Positions 1-11,300 of a stretch of 64,000 nt of DNA are shown here, one piece after another. The notes below the pieces were generated by a model. It saw nothing but the letters and a program-made list of their open reading frames with translations. It was not told the origin of the DNA and searched no databases. Within the stretch, counting starts at the first letter, position 1; the number at the start of each line of letters is the position of its first letter. The stretch spans positions 129,570 through 193,569 of the forward strand of contig NMRA01000591.1 of NCBI GenBank assembly GCA_002633005.1, in the 5' to 3' direction. Position numbers and translations under genes: made by a program. This stretch comes from Phoronis australis (taxonomy: Eukaryota; Animalia; Phoronida).

Positions 1-79
1 TTGGAATCATGGACGCCCTGGAATATTGGGAACCCCATTTTGGACACCCTATGTTCGAAATCCTAGATGAAGCCCTGGT

Positions 80-1128
80 CGTACCCCCATGTGGAATTCA
101 GTTACACAAATGGTCATTGCAAATTAAATTATTGCCTTTTAAATTTCAACATGCTACTTATTAACATCAAAGAAAAATTTATAAATGTCCATACAACATT
201 ATGTTACCATGTGATGCAGAAACAGTGATGTAGTGTACATCCCTTTGTAGTGTAGGTACCCCCATGTTTACAAATGCCATGAAATTAAAATATCACTTGG
301 TAAGTGAGCAACACAGGTCATTCCTTCCTAAAAGTGTTAGGTTAAAAGGGTGTTTATTACAATTACATTTGTTTTGAGTGAAATATTAGCACTTTTGTAG
401 TGTACGTACCCCTATATTTTAATTTGTGCCTATTTTCAAAGTATGACAGACATGCACATGTATGCTGTGCTTTTTATTTTTTCTCCTTGAATTGATTAAA
501 TAAATCAACTCACTCTCAGTAGATTCTTAGTATTTAGTTACAAACCTGACATGTCACTGAAATGTAGTGTACGTACCCCTGTGTAGTGTACATACCCCGA
601 TGTGAACAAATGCCATGAAACAACAATATTACACGGTAAGTAAGTAACATTTGTCACAGACAGTTTCTTCCATAAAAATGCTAGGTTAAAAGGATATTAA
701 TTACAAATACATTTGCTTTGATTGAAATATTAGCATTTGTGTAGTGTACGTACCCCTATATTTTAACATTTGCTTGTTTTCAAAGAATGACTGAGACAGA
801 TACACATGTATGCTGTAATTTTTATTTGTTCTCTTTGAATAAATTTGGTAAATGAACTAACTCTGTCAGTAGATTCTAAGTATTTTTTGTAAACTTAACA
901 AATCATTGAAATGTAGTGTACGTACCCCTGTGTAGTGTGTGTACCTTCAACCTCTGTGCTATAAAGTATTCCCCACAAGCATGTTTACATACTGCTGTTC
1001 TGATGAGCAGTACTGATAAATTTCTAGAATGCATCCAGTCTGACAAAAAAAAACAAACAATGGACATTATCAAATTTGTGGGCAATAAAATGCTACACAG
1101 GACTTGGCTAGAACTTCTAGGATGTTAA
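80..1128. repeat. ~1.05-kb direct repeat, copy 1 (internally made of diverged ~340-bp units carrying TGTAGTGTACGTACCCC)
   Basis: Colinear with 4339-5388 (e.g. cgtacccccatgtggaattcagtta...gacttggctag.acttctaggatgttaa); motif recurs near 229, 246, 396, 563, 582, 740, 912, 931. Confidence 0.92.
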
Positions 1129-1915
1129 AGAGTTCCCACCATGCATTTTCTTACTTTTTCAGGTTTCAGTTAGCTAATATGAATCGAATACCATAAAATC
1201 TTGCTAAATAGGCACTTTTTATGCCAAATAGCGGCAACTTTTTTAATTTTGAAGAAAAATTACTTATTTCTAAGTTTCCCGCCAAATGATGCAATGGGTG
1301 GAAGACGGTTGGCCGCTTGACAATCATTTGCAATGTCGGAACACTGCAGGTCAGAAGACAATGACAATATTAGGCGAGAATTGGACAATTATTATGCAGA
1401 CAGAGAGGAGAGTGGATACGGGCACTTATACTCAAGTACTTGAAGAATCAGACAATGAATTCGATTTCCCATTTAGCGAACTTTCGTCGGGTTTCAGGCC
1501 GTATGAACTCGACCCGCTTGCACGAGAAATGACATAATTATGTGAGCCACAACCAAGTGGTGGTCACTACTCACAAAATAGACACTTAATAATTACTGAC
1601 AAAGGCCACAGCCAACCTGGGTTACTCATATTCATTATTGCTGTGATGGAATGAGCACAGTCTAAACACAATGTGCATAAGCCTACTTGTAGTAGCACTC
1701 GATCTGGGCCGGGGTCCAGGGCCTGGCATCACTCGCCCTAGAATGGAAGCAGTTTGTTATTTACAAAATTTGCAAATGCACTTACTTGGTGGTGAGTCCT
1801 TCATTGTAACACCGCTTATGTGTGTGGCCGAAACACGATTCTTTGAAATGTGCCGATCAAAGTGTGGCTTACGCCAAACTGAATCTCATGTTCCACACTG
1901 ACACTCCACACTCTT
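1129..1915. mobile_element. Truncated non-autonomous Kolobok-like DNA transposon (left end, KolX-like start on +, THAP remnant on -)
   Basis: Begins TTAA|AGAGTTCCCA, the reverse complement of TGGGAACTCT|TTAA at 43075-43088; 1731-1915 is homologous to 42577-42750; - strand reads *SAHFKESCF (THAP C..HF); + strand reads acidic ...GFRPYELDPLA. Confidence 0.65.
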
Positions 1916-3109
1916 GTTCGGCGCACAATCATGGGTGGTGCAGCACTGAAAAAATTGGAGGCTAAATCCCCCCCCAGCCCTCCTNGCAATAATAATTATA
2001 AACATGAATTTAGAGCATATTGTTGTTCAGATTGGTTGAGACCTTGCAATTTACACTTTAAGTAGAACTAGAAGCAGACTCGGCCTGTCAACAGAATTTG
2101 ATATTCTGTCTGATTTCGGGCCGTCTTCCTTTCGACTTAATTAAAAAGTCTGTCACAGCTGAGCCTCTACCAGGTGCTCGCAATCACAGAGCACATCATC
2201 CAGTCAAATTTACTACATTAACGGAAATATATCGTCAGAAAGACTGGATCTTTGAAAAGGGTTTCTTTTGGTTGACTGTGTTCTACTCCATGAGAGAAGG
2301 GTACAGGGCGATCCTAGTGGTCAGTGGTCACAACAGAACTTCCGGGGGGAATAGTCTCAGAACAACTTTATTAGTAATTATTATCAAGTAAAACCTTTTA
2401 AAAATCGCATTTTAACATCATTTAAAAATTTTTGATTGTAATAAAGTGCTTATTTGTTATCATAAATCTTTTTTAAAGAGTGAAAAGAAAAATAATAAGC
2501 TTGACCCAGTTTCAGAGTATTTTGACTTGTTAGCCAATCAGCTTATTGGATTTGGCGTCAGTCATAAATGTCAAGGACACTTGTGGTGATTTTTAAACTT
2601 TCGAATGTTATTGTGTGAACACTGATCTACAATTCTTCTGGTGAGTTATTTTTTTAGAGAATGCTATCTAAAGCAGCAGTGATAGAAGGCACCGAAACTC
2701 TGGTATTGGAGGTCCAGGCTTTGGTGCAAAGGCTTTTGCAAATAGGTACATACCTTTGGAACAATCTGGGTAAAAATTAGACGAACTCCTTCGGCTTCGC
2801 TCAACCCAAGCGATCATCATACTCCCAGTACCCAGTCCAGAGCATGTAGGCCTATAGATTTGTAACAATGAAGATCAGCAAAGATGAGAACAAATATGAA
2901 AAGGTTGAAATATGAAAATAGTGGACGTCACTTCAGAGATCGTCAAAATACAGCTAGGAACCACTGTGTCTGTGTGTTTAGGCTTTAGCTACCTACTATA
3001 GACCTCGAAATTTCACGCAGCCAGGTTACCTGGCTGCCAGGTACCAAGTTCTGCTCACAGGACACAGACACAGGTGTCCTCAGCTTCTGACCGTCCCCAA
3101 CACACAAAA

Positions 3110-3717
3110 GGTATGACAGTCGGTACCAGAAATTCCACGGGTGCTTCACTTCAGCCTTTCCAAAACTCAATAAATTTACACAAAACGGGTTCAACAAACC
3201 ATGAGCAATCGATTGCTCTTTCCTCTAACACCATTCACGGTGTACTGCTCCACCAACTTCACAACAAATGTACGGTCAAAGCACAAAAATCTTCCCAAAA
3301 AGCCGATGCGTACTAACTTGTCTGTCCCACATGAGCCGGTTCAAGGTCAAAGATGGTGTGGAATTATCCGATGGGTTAGATAGACGGCAATTGCTGGTTC
3401 ATCACGGAAGGTTACATAATTGTCTGGCTAAGTGTGAAGTTATCGATGTCGTAACTTTCTGTGACAAATGGGCAATTTCCAGGAGACAGACGAGTTATTA
3501 CTTAGTATGCATCAACTTTTTGGGAAGATTTTTGTGCTTTGACCACAAATTTGTTGCGAACTTGCTGGAGCAGGACATTGTGAATGGTATTAGAAGAAAG
3601 AGCAATTGCTCATGGTTTGTTGAACCCCTGTTTTGTGTAAATTTGTTGAGTTTTGTGTTTGATATGGATGGCTGAAGTGAAGCACTCGTGGAATTCCTTG
3701 TCCTGAGTGTCGTACCT
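3110..3717. repeat. Diverged inverted repeat (arms ~3110-3326 and ~3485-3717)
   Basis: e.g. aaagcacaaaaatcttcccaaaaag (3278) vs ctttttgggaagatttttgtgcttt (3516); ORF track shows paralogous peptides on opposite strands; a further related fragment at ~6110-6170. Confidence 0.85.
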
Positions 3718-4329
3718 TGTAGTATGTAAATATAGTCTGCTAAATCACAATCAAGGTCCATATTCGAGAGTTCACTGGGTTACGGTCTAAAATAATTTTT
3801 TTGGGTCACTTACCAAATGCCAACTGTATCTCATATGCAAAGAGTTATTTAGTTGTGCAAATTTAAAAAAATCATCAAAATCGGACAATATATGAGAACT
3901 TTATGCATGTTTTTGTCTATGAATTCTGTGCATTTGTTGCATTACAAGTGGACATATTAAAAATTACAATTTTCAGTTGTCAACAGTAGAAAAGAAATTT
4001 ATTTTATCAAGTAAGCAATTGCTTAGATATGACTGGGAATAACTTCAGTCACTTTTAGAATCACTTAGATGAAGTTGTGCTTAATCATTGAGAAATGGTA
4101 GGGTTCATCATATAACTGGTACTCATTACGAAATTTGTAAATTCTGTGTTTCTAACCCTCATCTACTGTAAAGGAGGTTAGAAACTTAAGTTCACACTCT
4201 GTCATAAAAAGAACTGAGAATATGTTCTCCTAGGCAACAAAGCAGATTATTCAATATAGATATAAACCAAAAGTTTGGATATTGACTGGGTTCTGCTATG
4301 TTGAAAATGGGCCAAAAAGGCTAACAAAA

Positions 4330-5388
4330 TGTAGTGTGCGTACCCCCATGTGGAATTCAGTTATACAAATGGTCATTGCAAATGAAATTATTGCCTTTTA
4401 AATAACAACATGGTGTTTATTATCTCCAAAGAAAAATAATTGGCCATACAACATTATGTTACCATGTGATGCAGAAACAGTGATTTAGTGTATGTACACC
4501 CCTTTTGTAGTGTACGTACCCCCATGTTTACAAATGCCATGAAATTAAAATATTACTTGGTAAGTGAGCAACACAGGTCATAGACAGTTTCCTTCCTCAA
4601 AAATGTTAGGTTAAAAGGGTGTTTATTACAATTACATTTGTTTTGAGTGAAATATTAGCATTTTTGTAGTGTACGTACCCCTATATTTTAATTTTTGCCT
4701 ATTTTCAAAGTACGACAGACATGCACATGAATGCTGTGCTTTTTATTTTTTCTCCTTGAATTGATTAAATAAATCAACTCACTCTCAGTATATTCTTAGT
4801 ATTTAGTTACAAGCCTGACATGTCATTGAAATGTTGTGTATGTACCCCTGTGTAGTGTACGTACCCCCATGTGAACAGATGCCATAAAACAAAAATATTA
4901 CACGGTAAGCAGCATTCGTCACATACAGTTTCTTCCATAAAAGTGCTTGGTTAAAAAGGATTAATTACAAATACATTTGCTTTGAGTGAAATATTATCAT
5001 TTGTGTAATGTACGTACCCCTATATTTTAACATGTGCCTGTTTTCAAAGAATGACAGACAGATATTCACATGTATGCTGTAATTTTTATTTGTTCTCTTT
5101 GAATAGATTTGGTAAACGAACTAACTCTCAGTAGATTCTAAGTATTTTTTATAAACTTAACAAATCATTGAAATGTAGTGTCCGTACCCCGTGTGTAATG
5201 TACGCACCTTCAACCTCTGTGCTATTTAAAGTATTTCCCACAAGTATGTTTACATACTGCTGTTCTCATGAGCAATACTGATATTTCTAGAATGCATCCA
5301 GTCTGACAAAAAAAAAACAATGGACATTATCAAATTTGTAGGCAATAAAATGCCACACAGGACTTGGCTAGTACTTCTAGGATGTTAA
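4330..5388. repeat. ~1.05-kb direct repeat, copy 2
   Basis: High-identity colinear match to 80-1128; an extra motif copy at ~5548. Confidence 0.92.
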
Positions 5389-7900
5389 AACATCCTAGAA
5401 GACATGTCATGTGACAACTGATGTTGCCGAGGCAGGTTCTCTATCTCTCAAGACAACTTGCAACAAACCAACAAGTAGTGGCAGCACAAAACTTGTGACC
5501 ATCCCACACATTTGTAACTTAGTCAAAATTTGAAGTTGATTGACTGCGTAGTGTACGTACCCCCCAACCAGAACAATTTTTTACTGTTTAAAAGTGGAAC
5601 ACTGGGCCTAGCATTGCTTTAACCAACTATGTATTGAAAACTAGGCAAGTAGTACCAATAAAGTTTTTGAAAAAAATAATTACTCGTCATTTTCTTATTG
5701 TAAGAATCATATTGCAAGAGAGGAAGTTCTCATTATACGGTGTTAAGATATTGCAATGTATCATCATTTAGAACAACTCGATCAGCATGGTAATAACTTT
5801 TCTTACTTTAGTATGTGATAATTCTTCGATTTGATCAAGAACTTGTTAAATTAACAGCTGTCTTAGGAATTTTTGCATGTTAGAAGTTGACTGTGACCAC
5901 AAATTGTAACTTGTACGTACCCTTTTGTACAACTGTGATGCATTACGCCATAAAATTTTATTCTGTGGTTCATGTGCAAAAATATTTGAGATTACAAACC
6001 TGGAATGATGGTACTTTAAAATAACCCAGCTTTTACAGTTATATGACAATCTTCATTTTTATTTTTTCACCAAAAGTGGCCACCGCATATGGACCTTGAT
6101 TGTGATTTGCCCGAGTGTATTGGGGACGATTAGAAGCTGAGGACCCCTGTGGTTCTGCTGAGCAAGTTAGTGCTTGTCTCTTGGTCGACGTCGTGAAACT
6201 TACATTTGTTCTTTGTACATAAAAGGTCTCCGGCCCATGGTACACACCAAGTGTATAGTGATGTATGAAATAATCAGAATGCTGAAGCATTTATACACTA
6301 GTAAAGCTTTCTTCATGAATTTTTGACAGATTAACCAAGAATGTACTTGAAACATTATTCACGTAACTCAAAAATCACATGAAACTTATATATGAACATG
6401 TAAAGCTAATTACCAGTGGGGTCCATGCGAAATCTGGGAGTCAACTAACATTCACCTTGCTTGTTGCAGCTGTTTGCTGCCAGTAAGCCAATAAATGAAG
6501 ACCAACTTTCAAACCTCATTTTTTAGCACAATTCTTTGCCTTTTGACTTTGTTGCAAAGAAAAGTCTATTGTCGTTTTGAAAACAGAATGCCTGTGACAT
6601 ACGTCATAACCGCCATTTACTAAATTTTTGCAACATCGCTTAGGAGATGATAGGAGCTTCATAGTGTCAGCCAAGTTTGTTCTAAAATTCGGTTTTCTCG
6701 TAATAAAAACAGTTTTAACGAAGTAAACTCCATATCGATAATTTGTTGTGGCATGTGCGCAATCTCGTTGAAGATGATCAGTTGATTGAAGAATCGGCAA
6801 AAAAACACTGGCTTTTAGGTGTTGCTATATTTCATGTCACCGAATGCTGACTCCTAAGATCTCTCCACAACTTAAGCAGCCAAATAATGGTAGAATAGTA
6901 ATTTTTCTTACACAACGAGGTGAAAACCTCTTATTCAGTGAACGGAGTTGGCCTACCGCCAGTTCAAAATACATGGGAAGAAGTTAACTGAGGGGAGTTG
7001 TGTTGTAGTCCCTGTATAATCTGCCAAGGGGCTACATGTTCATGACACTTTATTAAACAGGTAAAATACAAATGAAAGTGATTGGAGGGGTGACACTTGG
7101 TGAAACTGTATGAAGACTTTAGGATTGAGATCGATGATTAAGCCAAGAATACTGAATAACTACGTGTAATCTAGTTTGGGATTGGACTACGGTCCATATA
7201 TTGAAATTGCACATGAAAAGTATTACACCACTGTAAAAGGTCTCTTGCTTTCTTCATGTTCTCAACTTCTAAGCTCTGCACATATTTTGTGTCTTAATCC
7301 ACTGATTAGGTTGTACATTAAAACATGGATCTTACCCTTATGGAACCCACTAACTTATCTCATGGTCTATATCAGGTGAAATTAGAGATGCCAACTTGCT
7401 AAAATATGTTTCACCCCAGAACAGAAGCCAGAACACAAAGTTGATGCTTTTGAAATCACCTAATGGCACTACTGATAAAGATAAAATGATCAAAACTAAG
7501 GCAGTTGATAACAATGCGATTGAAATTGTACAAGTACACGTTTTTTTGTGTAAATCATCCCTTTAAATCGCAGAAACATGTATTGCAAATATTTGCAGTG
7601 ATATAATGTCAAAGAATGGCCAAATTTTTGGCTATAGTTATTGATGCATGTGCTGGAATTACAGCCTGGATGGAATTTTTAGTTTTAGAGCTGTGGACTC
7701 GTCCAAATCCAGTATTGGAGAATGATAAGTTACTCCTTACATCCTGATTTTAAATGTTATTTTGTACCTATAGCATTGTTAAGAAATTTGACACCTTGAC
7801 TATGATTTACTTGTTTATATAATTGATAACAAGTTAATGTTTGACCATAGTAACAGGAGAAAGTTGAAAATGAAACTGAGATGCGATTCATGGTCCAACC

Positions 7901-8003
7901 AGTCAACGTTTCGGTTTACTGACATAAAACCATCATCAGGAAGCAATGTATGTGAAATTGCTTCCTGATGATGGTTTTATGTCAGTAAAGTGAAACACTG
8001 ACT
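7901..8003. repeat. Hairpin with 33-bp perfect stem, Penelope-like/hammerhead-type core
   Basis: tttactgacataaaaccatcatcaggaagcaat (7915-7947) is exactly complementary to 7957-7989; arms contain CTGATGA...GAAAC. Confidence 0.85.
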
Positions 8004-8189
8004 ACTTGGATTGTAGTTCTAATGAATACAACATCCAACTAAATGTTGGACAACAGCTGATTATTTTTTCTCTTATTTTGGATGAAGACCTACATTACAG
8101 TGGAGAGCCTAACAAAAAATATGATAATTAACTGTTCACTCTCATGGAGGGAAAGCTTTTTTCTTGTGTTTTAGTGGTGATCAGTGGCC

Positions 8190-8315
8190 ATGACTATAGA
8201 ACGCGATCTTGGTGCTAAATCACCCCCAGTCCACGTGCATGTCGAAGATGACACTCCCATCCATGTTCATGTCAACAAACCAAAGAAGCTGTCTGCCACA
8301 GCCCGTAGTGTTCAG
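8190..8315 (+). CDS. ODF2: ODF2 coding exon 1 (MTIERDLGAKSPPVHVHVEDDTPIHVHVNKPKKLSATARSVQ)
   Basis: Acceptor tgttttag ends 8174, gccATG at 8190, donor CAG|GTGAGT at 8316; HVHV..TP.HVH motif of cenexin N-terminus. Implies an upstream non-coding exon. Confidence 0.9.
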
Positions 8316-11300
8316 GTGAGTCAAGAGAGGTCACTACTTGCTGGAGCAGTGTGGTGCTTTCAATCAGGTTTGTATTCTTCAGGAGAAAGAATCTTCCATT
8401 GTTGGGATATACTCGGATTTCCCCATTAAAAGCATTCTTTTATCTTAAACACAAAATTTTCTTTTCTTAGGAGCAGTAGTTCCTTTGTTATCAATGGTTA
8501 CCAGTTCTTAAAAACTTTGTTCTTTTCTAATAAACCACAATTTTTCTCGAGAACCCGAAGGTGCCACTTGCCTGTGCACTAATGTAAGCTACGTAGTGAG
8601 TACTAGTTGTAATGTATCTGTCTGCATTACAACATGTAACACACAGTTGAATATGAAGGGATCATTCGTAACAATTAATTTACGGCACATAGGTAACAAG
8701 CTGCACCCTGTGACAGTAAACAAATTTATCAAAGATCCACACACAATTATTGATCCAGCCAAAGTTGCAGAGACGTTAAATAGTTAACTAATCTAACTAT
8801 TGGTGTTGTCAGAGAGTTCCCACTGAAACTGTAAGTGAACTACATGCAAAAGGATTCCTCTCCAGCTGACACTTTCTTGAACTTAAATTGAAACTTGAAC
8901 GTTAATTCCTTATGTCTGTGATTGCTTGGTCAAACTAGTTAGAAACACAACATATGGCATTGTGAATGTGAAGTGCTTTGAAAATTGCCAAATGTTTTTA
9001 AAGAGTTTTGTGCCAAAAACAGTCCGCCGTAAATCACTCAACTGTGTCCAATAGGTATGGTGACATGCTGTTGGGGAATAACACTGCATGATGCGGGCTA
9101 TGTGAGTTCCCCAAGGAACATCATTAGTCAAAGGTCACCTACATGTATTTGAAGAATTTTTTGTTTCCACATGTACAAGTTGTCAATGAAACAGTACTGT
9201 ATATCGTAGATGATGTTCAAATAGCATTGTCTTTTAGTTGCTGCTTTACATTGGTGTAGTTAGGAGCATGCAAGTACATTTGTAATGAAAAAAAAACATT
9301 ACTGGGAACTGCGTGTGAGAAGAGGTTAGTCTACCTACTTTGGACTTGGGATTTCATCAAACTTGCCAAAGACTAGCCTCGTTTCATGTGATGTTTTAGA
9401 GTCGTATCCAAGACACCAAGAGCCGGCTGGCCTCATCCCTTGGTGGCACTCGACCCAACACTTCAAGGTCAAAGGCCCTGGGTGGACCTTGGGTGCCAGC
9501 TCCTGGAAAGTCGAGAAAAAATATGAAAGTGTCATGGCAGGTATGGTGGACCTCTGGTTGTAACTCAGACAAGAGTTTCATTATTTTTTTTAGTTTCTGG
9601 AACAATTTTAGGGTAGGAATATAATGTTGTTCTTTGTTTTATTAAAGTTTGAATGTAAACAGGAAAACATGTTATCGATGTTTTAATTTCATTGTTATAT
9701 TCAATTTGTTGTTTTATCGTCTTGTTAGGGTGACTCGGCTCGGCTGGAAATCAATCCGTCAGCCAGTCGCAGCTTGGCCATGGGTGACCTTGACACCGAT
9801 GACGAGGACAGAGTTCATGGTCACATGAGGGAATATGAGAAAAAGATTGACAGTTTAATGACGGAGGTTGGAACACTCAGGAATGAGGTGGGTATAGACA
9901 GTGATAAGTAATTAATATGGATTCTGTACTCAGTGGCGTTGTTGTTAAACATCGTAAAAAACTGAGATCATAGTTTCCTTTTCCCATCTTGCTACATGTA
10001 CCCTAAGACCTTTGGCGATATTATCCGTAATTTTTAGTAAAACCATTACAATACTGTCGGGTTTACTACCCGTAGAGAGTTGCTCATGATTGCAGTATAT
10101 ATGCTTCCGTCTTCCAGTGAACAAGTCTGCAATAAATTTTCAAAAGATGTATACAAAGAAGGATGTATTTGTAGACTGTTTATGGCTCATGAACTTCAGA
10201 TAGTAGGTTCGTGTCATCGTCCTTTAAACCAATTTTGTTCAGCAAAGGTCTGCTTTGTGAATACAGCGTTTGCTCTTTGACATTACCTTTAATGGAACTT
10301 GTTGAGAAAGAACAAAATTGAAGTTGTGAGTCAGTGAACTGAGTTTACTGAATTCGTGGGTTATGTTGTTTGTAAGTGAGGAATTATTCACAAGTGCGGC
10401 AGCCATGTTGTCAGGCTTGTCTGAGCGAAAATCACTGTTGATGTTCTGCTCGCCTGTGTAAGGTGAAACTTTGCTAAAATGGTTGACGAGGAAGAGTACG
10501 GCCTTAACAGTCTGATAATCCCAAAATGGCCACCAGGTGAAAGTGGCTGGCATTGTGGCGAGTCAAAATGTTCGCTGATGGGACTTGATACGCAACTATA
10601 TTACATTTACTGTGCTCACTCTGTGTGTTGGTTGTATCCGGGGAGTGACTGTCCTCTATGAACACTGCTCAGATATTTTAGGTTACAACGCAATAGGGGG
10701 GCATTTCGAAAATGGGTGACTGAAGAACTATAATATTTAAAAAAACAGTGAAACTTTCTGGCCTAGACAATCCTTTGATGCAAGTGATTGTCTTAACAAC
10801 ATTTGGAAATGGCCCTTGCACTCAACTGTGTTTGCTACAGTTCTGTAGTGGTTACTGTTATGGACACCAGATGTTGCTGTTGTAGGTGCACCTTCTGCAT
10901 GAAGTTACTGACCAGCAGTCAGCATCTCAAACATGCAGTTCGGCTAAGACTGCCAACTCTGCTAGTGGGGAAATACAAAAGACTACTGTATGCTGGGGTG
11001 ATTTAAGAGCTACCTAATGCGATTGTCTCTCGTTAGTCTTATTATACAAAATAAATTTCGCTTTCAACTTGCTCGAGGTGTTACGTTGGTCATAGGTCTG
11101 TGAAGTGGGCAAATCACATGAATTATACAGGGAAATTTGTAGTACAGGCCATTTTCAAAACATGTACTCAAACAAACTTTGGTAATTTGAAAAATCAAAT
11201 TGTTTTCGTGCAACATCAAAATTGATCTGTAGGTCGATCTAAATTAAGAATTTCATTCTCTTATTATCATTTTGCAACATAGTTTTATTACTAGAGTGCA

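Noticed and set aside
2668-2868. Possible further THAP remnant on - strand (AWVERSRRSSSNFYPD...YLFAKAF)
   Set aside because: Zinc-ligand Cys/His absent; similarity too weak.
4224-4238. X-box-like GTTCTCCTAGGCAAC as ODF2 promoter
   Set aside because: Imperfect left half, lies between repeat blocks; transcription start of ODF2 cannot be located from sequence (candidate donors at ~6483 and ~7061 unverified).
80-5388. LTR retrotransposon or KolobokP-style long direct terminal repeats
   Set aside because: No TG..CA ends, PBS/PPT, TSD, or gag/pol/transposase ORF between the repeats; copy 1 is truncated by other insertions.
229-5565. CRISPR-like array of TGTAGTGTACGTACCCC repeats
   Set aside because: Eukaryotic context, irregular long spacers that are themselves homologous, no cas genes.
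10886-10987. Possible extra in-frame ODF2 exon (VHLLHEVTDQQ...)
   Set aside because: Weak donor (ACT|GTATGC), no ODF2 similarity, exons 3 and 4 already join seamlessly.
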